Positions 43,399 through 51,846 are shown, numbered from the stretch's first letter. The stretch is DNA of 64,000 bases from an uncultured Gammaproteobacteria bacterium (GCA_964435875.1 CAYTAV010000001.1:2318-66317); one strand, 5' to 3'. Translations and numbers: made by a program. The notes: a model not told the origin generated them from the sequence alone.

Positions 43399-43615
43399 CG
43401 CATATACCCTTTTCTTCTATATTTTATAAGGGAAAATTGACCATTTTTTGGAATTTTAAAGGGCGCTCTATCTGATAAATATTTATACTCTTTTTTTAGC
43501 AACTTGGCAAGAGGGCCGATTTATGGCATAATTTAAGCTCTTAACAACAGTTTAATGTAAGTAATTTATAATCTAAGCGTCTTAATTTATAAGCTAATTC
43601 AATTATAATAAAAAT

Positions 43616-43999
43616 ATGATGCGACCAATCCATTTTGACTTATATGCAGATGACCCGGAAAGGGCGGCTAAATTCTATACCGACGTATTCGGTTGGAAAT
43701 TCGAGAAATGGGATAATCCGACAGCCGTTTATTGGCTGATTACTACCGGCCCCGAAGGGACGCCGGGAATCAACGGAGGTATGGGGCGGCGCAATCCGGA
43801 ATATCCGGATGGCGTATCGCATGCCGCGACACTGACCTATGGCGTCCCGGACTATGCCCAGTACGCGGAAAAGATCCGTCAGCACGGCGGTGAAGCCGGC
43901 GAGAAGATGGCGATCCCGGGGTTCGGCTGGCACGGCATGTGCAAGGACACCGAAGGCAACGTCTTCGGCATCATGCAGGACGATCCAAGCGCGAAATAA
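43616..43999 (+). CDS. VOC (glyoxalase/bleomycin-resistance) family protein
   Basis: I.F.LY.DD.ERA..FY..VFGW.F..W and a C-terminal D.EGN.FG.MQ.D. Confidence 0.7.
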   Translation: MMRPIHFDLYADDPERAAKFYTDVFGWKFEKWDNPTAVYWLITTGPEGTPGINGGMGRRNPEYPDGVSHAATLTYGVPDYAQYAEKIRQHGGEAGEKMAIPGFGWHGMCKDTEGNVFGIMQDDPSAK

Positions 44000-44132
44000 C
44001 GAAATATAGGACAAGTCTGGTTTGTAGTTCGGACTTGCCCTTTTTCGATTTTATTAACAGCATACAAAAAATCCAAAACCACCATCATGGCCTTGGATTT
44101 CAAAAATCTATTAAATTGTGCTGACGGCCGGC

Positions 44133-44369
44133 TTAGGCATGATGCATTGCTTCGCGGTGCGCTGTTGCAGTAAATCGTCCCGGGTAGAATGCCAGGTAAA
44201 CCCCCGAGAGGCCAACCAGAGCATAGATGACCCTGGAAAGCACTGACATTTCCCCGAACAGGAATGCTACCAGATCGAAGCTGAAAAATCCGACGAGCCC
44301 CCAGTTGATCGCACCAACTACTACTAACCCGATCATAAGCCAGTCGTACCAATGGATTCTGTTTTCCAT
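44133..44369 (-). CDS. DUF378 domain membrane protein
   Basis: VVGAINWGLVGFFSFDLVAFLFG......SRVIYALVGLSG is the DUF378 hallmark. Confidence 0.8.
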   Translation of the reverse strand: MENRIHWYDWLMIGLVVVGAINWGLVGFFSFDLVAFLFGEMSVLSRVIYALVGLSGVYLAFYPGRFTATAHREAMHHA

Positions 44370-44515
44370 ATAATTAATTTATTATGTCTATATTGACGCA
44401 GGAGGCAGAAAATTATTACAATAATATATATCATACTTATTGGTTCGGTGTTTAATTTTGAAAGGATGCGACCGTATTCGCGTCAATAAATTAGAAATCA
44501 GTTAAATGGAAAAAT

Positions 44516-44674
44516 ATGTCAAACCCTTGCGGTTGCAATCCCGGCGAGGAGTGCAAAAAACTAAAAAAATATCCTGTAAATGAAGATTTTGTAAGGCACT
44601 TCAAGGCCCGATTAACTAGGTATATAAAGGAGAATCCTTGTTCCGGACCCTGGAAAGGAAAAAATTGTAGTTAG
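44516..44674 (+). CDS. Small Cys-containing ORF (52 aa), not in the supplied track
   Basis: My translation is MSNPCGCNPGEECKKLKKYPVNEDFVRHFKARLTRYIKENPCSGPWKGKNCS. A hairpin terminator follows at 44707-44730. Confidence 0.3.
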   Translation: MSNPCGCNPGEECKKLKKYPVNEDFVRHFKARLTRYIKENPCSGPWKGKNCS

Positions 44675-44706
44675 TGTCTAAAACCAGAATGTGTAAATGC
44701 TGCAAT

Positions 44707-44730
44707 AAGCCGCCCAAATGGGCGGTTTAT
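44707..44730 (+). terminator. Intrinsic terminator after the small ORF
   Basis: AAGCCGCCC-aaat-GGGCGGTTT followed by ATT. Confidence 0.5.
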
Positions 44731-44797
44731 TGATAAGAATGTAATATTAATTAGATTGTATCGTCTTATTGGCATAAAATACTACTAATGAAAATAT

Positions 44798-45067
44798 ATG
44801 AAATATTTCAAAAAAACAGTTATTACAATGGCGCTGGTTGTGTTGATGATGGCTCCTTTAGCGGGAGTTGACGCATCAAGTGGAAAAGGTAAAAACAGGG
44901 ACCTCACCAGGGAAAACAAAAGAAAACAAGTTATAATCAAAAAACTTCCTAAAACAATGAAGTATGACAACGGGGTTAAATTTAGGAGCCACAAGGAAGA
45001 TGGTCGAAGATATGGAATAATTAAATACGAAGACAGTTTCCGCCCCAAAAGTCCAAGCCATTACTGA
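44798..45067 (+). CDS. Small secreted basic protein (hypothetical)
   Basis: Signal peptide MKYFKKTVITMALVVLMMAPLAGVDA, then a Lys/Arg-rich 60-aa region. Confidence 0.4.
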   Translation: MKYFKKTVITMALVVLMMAPLAGVDASSGKGKNRDLTRENKRKQVIIKKLPKTMKYDNGVKFRSHKEDGRRYGIIKYEDSFRPKSPSHY

Positions 45068-45083
45068 AGAGAAGAGATTTTAA

Positions 45084-45112
45084 AATAACGCCCTTACAGG
45101 GCGTTATTTTTT
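45084..45112. terminator. Bidirectional terminator overlapping the sigma-factor stop codon
   Basis: AATAACGCCCT-tac-AGGGCGTTATT followed by TTTTT. Confidence 0.65.
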
Positions 45113-45621
45113 TCCTTTTTTTCCTTATCGATGCGTGTTTTCAGCATCTTTAATCCGCGGTGGATTAATACATATATATTAGAGGAGGATTTGCCGGTTA
45201 GTGTCTTAATCTCTTTAATGTCAAGCTCGTCGATGAAACGCAAAATAATGACGTCTCTGTAAGTTTTTGGAATGGAGGAGAGGTTTCTTCTGACCACCTC
45301 CATTTCGATATCAGCATCGATTGCAGCATGTATACCGTTCTGCTTATGATCAGGAAGCGCAATCGCTTCATCAAGCGCTAGCGACGGTTTCTTCGATCGG
45401 TAATAATCAATTACAAGGTTGTTTGCGACTTTATAGATAAAACTCTTTATATTGTCTATCCGTCCGCCTTCACCAATGTAGCGCCAGGCCTTCATGAACG
45501 TTTCGGACGTAAGGTCCTCTGCAAGAGCCTCATCACTTACGCGAAAATAGATATGGCGTAAAATATCCGCAGCGCTCTTGTCATAAAACTCAAGAAACTC
45601 ATTTTCGATTCCCTTGTTCAT
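45094..45621 (-). CDS. ECF-type RNA polymerase sigma-70 family factor
   Basis: Region 2 (DLTSETF.KAW....... SF.Y..A.N..IDYYR) and region 4 (R.V..LR....L...EI...TG.S..N..V..HRGL..L). No adjacent anti-sigma gene was seen. Confidence 0.8.
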   Translation of the reverse strand: MNKGIENEFLEFYDKSAADILRHIYFRVSDEALAEDLTSETFMKAWRYIGEGGRIDNIKSFIYKVANNLVIDYYRSKKPSLALDEAIALPDHKQNGIHAAIDADIEMEVVRRNLSSIPKTYRDVIILRFIDELDIKEIKTLTGKSSSNIYVLIHRGLKMLKTRIDKEKKEKNNAL

Positions 45622-46110
45622 AATCCAGTTGAAATGCGCACAATAATGATACTATGCCAACTCATAAGTGTAAATATGCCTCATGGATGATCATGCTAAA
45701 CATAATCATGCAACAGCATAAAACAGTTTAGGGATGTTTTCACCGGGATATACCGCACAGTTTATAAAATAGATTCTGCATTTGCGCAAATCGCGAGAAT
45801 ATTTCTTTCTATAGCTTATCAACGGACGACTGCCTTTTTCAACGATATTTATTGTAAAAATAGATAATATTTAAACGTATCGAAAACATAGTCGTTGAAA
45901 TGGAAAATGAATAAACAGCTTAATGAAGATCGTGATTCTTAATAATTTTTTAATCATGCTCAACTACAATCCTAGCAAGCCATAATAAGGACTAATGCGG
46001 ACAAATTCCGCAAAAGCCGGAGGCTACCAGCTAAAATAATGAAAGGTCGAGCCAGCCCCGGGCTACAGGGGAGACCTAACAGCACGTTATAATTAAATCT
46101 TCCATAACAT

Positions 46111-47778
46111 ATGAAGAACACTATAAAGAGCATCGCCACCCTTTTGGTCGTGACCGTCATGATTGTATTTGTCGCAGGACAGGTCAAGGCCGAATACCTG
46201 GCGGCGAACGTTGAGACCGGATATGAATCCGAAAATACGGTCAAAGCGGAATCTGTAAGCGAACACCTGATGGTCAACGGCAACCACGAGATGCTTTCCA
46301 ATGAAGCAGACGTCGAAGGAGAAACCGGAGATAACGATAGCGACTATAATACAGGCAAAGGCCTGGTCGACGGCGGTGACGTTGTGATCGTCGGAGGTTT
46401 TACTAGCGAAGTAAACGTCAATATGACCGAGCAGGCCAGCACCGAGCTGCATGACTTTACGGCAATGAATGACACGACCGGCGCTTATTCGGACAACGAC
46501 GCGCTTGCCTCGCTTTTCACGGCGGTTTTCGGCGCAAACGAGAACCTGGCTTTCGTCGCTAATAAGGCGAAGATCGAAGGCGAGTCAGGTGATAACGAGA
46601 CCAGCTACAATACAGGTGACGGCGAGGTCAAATCCGGCGACGCAGAGATCGACGCTAGCGTGATGAACACGGTCAACGGCAACCTGTTGATCATCGGCAA
46701 TGATATCGATGAAGAAAGCGAATCCCTGCTCGAATCGAATTCCTCCAACTCCAATACCGGAGCGAATTCGAAAAATAAGGCGAAGGTCCGCATCAACCAC
46801 ATGGCTACAGCCGAGAATATCAATATGGCCATGCTGATGAATTATCTGAAGACCGAAGCAGAGACCGGCGATAATGAATCGAGCTATAACACCGGTTCGG
46901 CCAAGATCGATACCGGCGATGCAAACACCAAGACTACGGTCAAGAACGACGTCAATTACAACCAGACCATGATCAACATGGATCTCGGAGACTCTAATCT
47001 CGAGGCTTCAAACGACACGACCGGATATGAATCCGATAACAAGGCCAAGGTCGAATTAAATAGTGTGGTCGGCGTAATGAATGCCAACCAGGCCATGGTC
47101 ATGAATAAGGTTAAGAACGAAGCAGAGACCGGCGATAACGAAGCCAGCTATAATACCGGTTCGGCAACGATCAAGTCTGGCGATGCGGACAGCCAAGTCA
47201 GCATCGACAATGGCGATACGCTCAACAAGAACGAGACCGAAGTCAATATCGATCTCGGCAACATCAGCATGACAGCATCCAACGCCACTACCGGAGCAAA
47301 TTCAACGAATAAGGCCAAGGCTGAATTCGGCAGTGCGGTTGCGGTCGGCAATACTAACGGTTTGATGCTCAGCAACGACGTCAAGTCCGAAGCAGAAACC
47401 GGCGATAACGAGGCGAGCTACAATACCGGGACCGGGAACATCACTTCCGGCGACGCCACCTCGAACGTGACTGTAAAGAACGACGCCAACTACAATTCGA
47501 CGACGGTAAACGTCGCTCCGACCGCTAATGTCCAAGCGACCAACGATACGACCGGAGCGAATTCGACCAACAAGGCCGAAGCATCATCCGCGTCTGTCGT
47601 CTCGGTTGCTAACCAAAATTGCGGCGTGATCTCGAATGAAGTCAAGTCGGAATCAAATACCGGCGGCAACTCGACGAGTTACAACACCGGAGCCGGCACG
47701 GTTAAATCCGGCGACGCAAGCATTTCCTTCGGCGTGAACAACACGACCAACGGGAACAGCACGACCATCGGCAACTAG
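46111..47778 (+). CDS. Secreted Asn/Thr/Gly-rich repeat protein (six ~90-aa repeats), a beta-solenoid or amyloid-like fibre subunit candidate
   Basis: Signal peptide ending VKA. Recurring N.TTGA.S.NKAK... and E(A)ETGDNE.SYNTG...I.(S/T)GDA...V..N motifs, with (E/S/N)(T/S)G(D/G)N at aa 71, 159, 251, 339, 429 and 516. Confidence 0.75.
   Translation: MKNTIKSIATLLVVTVMIVFVAGQVKAEYLAANVETGYESENTVKAESVSEHLMVNGNHEMLSNEADVEGETGDNDSDYNTGKGLVDGGDVVIVGGFTSEVNVNMTEQASTELHDFTAMNDTTGAYSDNDALASLFTAVFGANENLAFVANKAKIEGESGDNETSYNTGDGEVKSGDAEIDASVMNTVNGNLLIIGNDIDEESESLLESNSSNSNTGANSKNKAKVRINHMATAENINMAMLMNYLKTEAETGDNESSYNTGSAKIDTGDANTKTTVKNDVNYNQTMINMDLGDSNLEASNDTTGYESDNKAKVELNSVVGVMNANQAMVMNKVKNEAETGDNEASYNTGSATIKSGDADSQVSIDNGDTLNKNETEVNIDLGNISMTASNATTGANSTNKAKAEFGSAVAVGNTNGLMLSNDVKSEAETGDNEASYNTGTGNITSGDATSNVTVKNDANYNSTTVNVAPTANVQATNDTTGANSTNKAEASSASVVSVANQNCGVISNEVKSESNTGGNSTSYNTGAGTVKSGDASISFGVNNTTNGNSTTIGN
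46210..47775 (+). repeat. Six imperfect in-frame coding repeats, period ~87-92 codons
   Basis: Spacing of the ETGDN-type motif in the translation. Confidence 0.8.
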
Positions 47779-47797
47779 GCCAGGGCGTCAAGGCGCA

Positions 47798-47855
47798 CCC
47801 GAGGTTCATCCTCGGGCTTCGCCGCCGCCGTACAAGCCTTGACTTGTACGGCGGC
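47798..47855 (+). promoter_or_regulatory. Two strong GC-rich hairpins between the two repeat-protein genes
   Basis: CCCGAGG-ttcat-CCTCGGG (47798-47816) and GCCGCCGTACAAG-ccttga-CTTGTACGGCGGC (47824-47855). No T-tract follows. Confidence 0.5.
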
Positions 47856-47890
47856 AGAGGAGTAATATCGAATATTAACCGTAACACCAT

Positions 47891-50722
47891 ATGTCTTACC
47901 TTAAAAGCCTTAAAACACTGAAAAAAGGAGCGGCAGGAGTCATGCTGGCGATGCTCGTTGCCTGGACGATCGCCCCGATACTTAAAGCCGAAGAGGGCGC
48001 AGTTACAGGCAGTACGGCAAGCGGAACAGCAGCGGAAACCGCCTCAACGACCGAAAGTGCGGTCGCGCCGGCAGGCGAAACTTCCGCGACGGATAATTCC
48101 GAAGCCGGTATCGGGGCCGGCAACCTGGCTACCGGCGCAGATTCAAGCAATTCAGCATCGACCGAAATCAGCAATACGCAATCCGTAATTAATATTAATA
48201 CGGCAACGACCACTAACGATTCATACTTGAAAGCCGACACGGGCAGGAATACGGCAAGCTATAATACGGGGTCGGGCATCATTACGACAGAAAAAGCCAG
48301 GGGCAAGGGCGAGATCGTCAATACGATCAACCTTAATATGGTCATCCCGGAGATTGCAGGAATCGGTCCGATTTCGGCAGAAAACGGAAATACTGGCGCC
48401 AGCTCTGATAATATCGCCAAGGTCAACGTCAACAACCAGCTCACCGTACATAATTCCAACAGCGCCAATACGACGAACCTGGTCGAAGCAGAAGTAAATT
48501 CAGGCAATAACGCGGCCGAGGGCAATACCGGCCACGGCATGATCCTCACCGGATCTGCAAGCCTAGGGCTAAATTTCATTACGATGTCGAACGCTAATTT
48601 CGTCGGTTCGCAGCGCTTCTATGCCAATTGGCAGAACATTTATGATAACCATACGGGCGATATCGATATTTCGACGGAAGCGGCCGTCAGCGCTTCCCCC
48701 CTGTCCGGACTGCTGATCGACGCTTCGAACAGCGATACCGGGGCTGGTTCGAACAATCAGGCGATTGTCGATGTAAACGACCAGACGAGCATCATCAACC
48801 AGAATACCGGCAAGATCAGGAACGAGATCAGCGCCAAGGTCACAACCGGCAAGAACAAGGCCAGCAAGAATACCGGAACAGGATCGATCGCCACCGGCCA
48901 GGCGAACTCGTCAGTCAACGTGATGAATTTCCTGAATTCGAACATAGTATCCTCGAACTGGTGGCTCAAGACCTTGAACGTCTTCGGCAGCTGGAAAGGA
49001 AATATGGTATTGCCGATGATGCCGAGGCCGAACCTGACGGTTACCCAGCCGGAACTTGAGGCAAGCGCCAATGCCACCGGCGCAGGTTCTGAAAATGCGG
49101 CTGAAGCGAATATCAACACTTCGGTAGCTATAGCAAACACAAACAATGCCGTGATAACCAACAGCGTCGATATCAAGACCAACTCGGGAGACAACAAGAC
49201 CTCGTTTAACGGAGGCACCGGAATCGTAAAGTTCGGCGATGCAGACGCCGAGACTAACGAGCTTAATGTTGCGAATGTGAACGTAACGGGCGATTCATGG
49301 TGGATGGTCGTCGTTAACAAGTTCGGCAAATGGCTGGGAACGACTATCGGGTCGCCTGTCGAGACCACGGTTAGCGCGACTGCGGCTACCACAGTCCTGA
49401 CGCCCAACGGTTCGGGCATCCGGGTGAATAACAATTCGACAGGACCTGAATCGAATAACTTCGCAGGAGCGAACGTTACCCACAGCACCGAAATAACCAA
49501 TGCGAACGAAGCTGATATCATGAACAAGCTCAAGATCGAGGCGATTACCGGCGAGAACGAAACACAGTTCAATTCCGGTCACGGATATATCGAAGCCGGC
49601 AGCATCGATGCGGTCAACAATCTCGTAAATTTTGCGAATGCCAATGTCAATGTCGGCAATTGGCTGGTTACCGTGATTAACGTTTTCGGAGACTGGGAGG
49701 GTAACGTCGTGTTCAGGACCGCGACCCAATCCGAGATCGACGCCATAAATTCTAACAGCCAGCTGATGGTCAACGGTGGATCGTCGTCAAATGCAGGTAC
49801 CGGAGCAGGTTCCTCGAACAGTTCCGGTAGCAGCTCTTCCAGTACCGGAACAACATCGAATACTAACGCATCCGATACGGCAAACAACACTTCAGCTTCG
49901 ACGCTGACGGGAGAGAATTCCGCGAGCTATAATACCGGGTCAGGGATCGTTACGGCCGGCGGCGCTGATTCCAACACGACCATCCAGAACCAGGTAAATA
50001 CGAATGTTACCGGCGCATCATCAGGCGGCGGCAATGCCACATCTACGAATTCAGGAACCGGTGCCGGGTCCAATAATTCGGCGGTTACTAATAATTCCAC
50101 TGATACGAACGTAGCAAATAGCAATACAGCCCAAGTCACGAATTCCGTACAAGCCAGCAACAACACGGGGCAGAATTCGGCCAATTATAATACAGGCAAC
50201 GGTGCGGTCGATACCGGATGGGCGACGACTTTCGCGGGCCTTTATAACCAGGTTAACGAAAACCAGACCAACGCAGGCCAGCTGCTTTCCGACCTTAACA
50301 GCATAACTGATACGACCGGCAACGACATCGGTTCGCAAACGCAAGGGAACGGCTCTGGCAACCAGAATTCGGATACAACGCCCTCCGGAGGCGGCTCATC
50401 TGCCGGATCTACGTCTTCGGGGGGAGCGGGCGGCGGCCAACCCGCTCTGACGCAGACAACCGCGCCTAGCGGACAACAGACAGTCCAGAGCGCATATTAC
50501 CCCCCGGCTCCCGTCACATACGGCCAAGGCCGAACGGTCGATTCGGCGAGCGCAGAGGACGCTAAGAACGACCTTAATTCGGATGGTTATATCAACGACC
50601 TGGACTTCTCAATCTTGATGGCGAACTGGAAAAAACCGGTCCACTCGCTTAAAGCGGATATCAATAGCGACGGATCAGTCGATGAATCCGACCTGCGGAT
50701 CCTGCTCGCTAGATGGTATTGA
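47891..50722 (+). CDS. Large secreted repeat protein (same repeat class plus Trp-containing inserts), low-complexity linker and C-terminal dockerin
   Basis: Signal peptide. Repeats N.TGA.S.N.A.V.V.N ... TG.N.A..NTG.G.I.TG.A with inserts WWLKTLNVFGSWKGNMV, WWMVVVNKFGKWLG and WLVTVINVFGDWEGNVV. Ser/Gly/Asn/Thr linker. C-terminal DLNSDGYINDLD...DINSDGSVDESD. Confidence 0.75.
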   Translation: MSYLKSLKTLKKGAAGVMLAMLVAWTIAPILKAEEGAVTGSTASGTAAETASTTESAVAPAGETSATDNSEAGIGAGNLATGADSSNSASTEISNTQSVININTATTTNDSYLKADTGRNTASYNTGSGIITTEKARGKGEIVNTINLNMVIPEIAGIGPISAENGNTGASSDNIAKVNVNNQLTVHNSNSANTTNLVEAEVNSGNNAAEGNTGHGMILTGSASLGLNFITMSNANFVGSQRFYANWQNIYDNHTGDIDISTEAAVSASPLSGLLIDASNSDTGAGSNNQAIVDVNDQTSIINQNTGKIRNEISAKVTTGKNKASKNTGTGSIATGQANSSVNVMNFLNSNIVSSNWWLKTLNVFGSWKGNMVLPMMPRPNLTVTQPELEASANATGAGSENAAEANINTSVAIANTNNAVITNSVDIKTNSGDNKTSFNGGTGIVKFGDADAETNELNVANVNVTGDSWWMVVVNKFGKWLGTTIGSPVETTVSATAATTVLTPNGSGIRVNNNSTGPESNNFAGANVTHSTEITNANEADIMNKLKIEAITGENETQFNSGHGYIEAGSIDAVNNLVNFANANVNVGNWLVTVINVFGDWEGNVVFRTATQSEIDAINSNSQLMVNGGSSSNAGTGAGSSNSSGSSSSSTGTTSNTNASDTANNTSASTLTGENSASYNTGSGIVTAGGADSNTTIQNQVNTNVTGASSGGGNATSTNSGTGAGSNNSAVTNNSTDTNVANSNTAQVTNSVQASNNTGQNSANYNTGNGAVDTGWATTFAGLYNQVNENQTNAGQLLSDLNSITDTTGNDIGSQTQGNGSGNQNSDTTPSGGGSSAGSTSSGGAGGGQPALTQTTAPSGQQTVQSAYYPPAPVTYGQGRTVDSASAEDAKNDLNSDGYINDLDFSILMANWKKPVHSLKADINSDGSVDESDLRILLARWY
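50567..50719 (+). other. Dockerin type I-like module (two EF-hand-like segments)
   Basis: D-L-N-S-D-G-Y-I-N-D-L-D-FSILMANW and D-I-N-S-D-G-S-V-D-E-S-D-LRILLARW, matching the duplicated DxNxDGxIxxxD calcium loops followed by helices. Confidence 0.7.
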
Positions 50723-50755
50723 AGATGTTAAGCTGATACTCATAGAAATATTGAT

Positions 50756-51763
50756 ATGAAAAAGACATTAATCGTGTTATTTATCGGCATTAGTCTGGCT
50801 TTTTCAAAACCAGAAGCCAAAGCTGCGGGGCTGGCCGGCTATATTATATCTCCAGCGGCGCAGGAAGCGGCCAAAGGGGAGGTAGTGCAGATCCAGGTCG
50901 AGATCGACCCTAAGGGAGAAATCTTCGATACCGCCCGAGTAAAGCTGGAATATACGCCCGGGATGTTAAACCTCGAGGGCGTAGCGAAGAATACAAAATT
51001 TTCCCAGACAGCCGGAGGCAACTCCTTTTCTGATGATAGCGGCACTTTTTCTTACGGTTCAGGCCTGCCTGGCGGCACATCGGAAAAAATCAGGTTCTTA
51101 ACTCTGACTTTCCGGACTGCCAGGGAGGGAGAAGCGAAAGTTTATCTGCGCGATGATTCATTGATCGCAAGCAACGGCATCAACGTGAGCGACTGCCGTA
51201 GCAATATGGCAACGATCAGGATCGGCAAAGCCAAGGCTAAAGTGCTGGGAGTCAAGCTCTATCCGGACGGAACGCTCTTGCGCAATTCTAAGACGAGGGA
51301 AATTTTCTACATTACGGGCGGCGCCAAGAAAAAGGTCGCAAGCCTCAAGGAGCTGGCCGCATACGGCAAGAAGACGATCATCAACGTTTCGCCCGAGGCC
51401 CTGGACGGTTATCTTCCATATGCAAACGGAACGCTCTTGCGCAATTCTAAGACGAGGGAAATTTTCTACATTACGGGCGGCGCCAAGAAAAAGGTCGCAA
51501 GCCTCAAGGAGCTGGCCGCATACGGCAAGAAGACGATCATCAACGTTTCGCCCGAGGTCCTTTCGCAATTCCCCGTTTTCAGCACTACCGGCAGCCAGCT
51601 AGCCGAAGGCGCTCTGGTCAGGGATAAAACCAGCAAGAGGATTTATGTGGTCAGCGGCGGTAAGAAATCACTAATCGCTACGCTGGCAGACCTATCGAAA
51701 TACCGAGGCAGGCAGATTATCGATATCGATCCAGGCTTGTTGTCTCAGTATCCGACCTCATGA
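50756..51763 (+). CDS. Secreted cohesin-like domain protein with three C-terminal ~53-aa repeats (putative wall-binding)
   Basis: Signal peptide. KGEVVQIQVEIDPKGEIFDTARVKLEYTPGMLNLEGV resembles the cohesin N-terminal strands. The repeats are GTLLRNSKTREIFYITGGAKKKVASLKELAAYGKKTIINVSPE.L x2 plus a diverged third copy. Confidence 0.6.
   Translation: MKKTLIVLFIGISLAFSKPEAKAAGLAGYIISPAAQEAAKGEVVQIQVEIDPKGEIFDTARVKLEYTPGMLNLEGVAKNTKFSQTAGGNSFSDDSGTFSYGSGLPGGTSEKIRFLTLTFRTAREGEAKVYLRDDSLIASNGINVSDCRSNMATIRIGKAKAKVLGVKLYPDGTLLRNSKTREIFYITGGAKKKVASLKELAAYGKKTIINVSPEALDGYLPYANGTLLRNSKTREIFYITGGAKKKVASLKELAAYGKKTIINVSPEVLSQFPVFSTTGSQLAEGALVRDKTSKRIYVVSGGKKSLIATLADLSKYRGRQIIDIDPGLLSQYPTS
50825..51193 (+). 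other. Cohesin-like module
   Basis: The pattern G(D/E).V.I.V.I......I......L.Y.P..L....V is followed by beta-rich segments ending ..FRT..EG.A.V.L. Confidence 0.5.
51267..51557 (+). repeat. Tandem duplication: two 100%-identical 132-bp copies (51267-51398 and 51426-51557), period 159 bp
   Basis: Direct comparison of the nucleotide strings. The first mismatch is at 51399 versus 51558. Confidence 0.9.
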
Positions 51764-51820
51764 AATGAACAATAAAATCAACGCTTAATTTTATCAATGT
51801 TGACCATAGATATCACCTTC

Positions 51821-51846
51821 AAGCCGCCTGTTTAAAGGCGGTTTTG
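51821..51846 (+). terminator. Intrinsic terminator after the cohesin-like gene
   Basis: AAGCCGCCT-gtttaa-AGGCGGTTTT. Confidence 0.6.

Noticed and set aside
43879-44352. A 157-aa minus-strand ORF overlapping the VOC gene end and the DUF378 gene.
   Set aside because: It overlaps two recognisable genes, in a different frame from DUF378, and no motif was found.
46210-51557. Periodic repeats as a possible CRISPR-like array.
   Set aside because: The repeats are in-frame, imperfect, 260-390 bp-scale protein-coding units (plus one 132-bp duplication). They lie inside long ORFs with signal peptides and have no short direct-repeat/spacer organisation.
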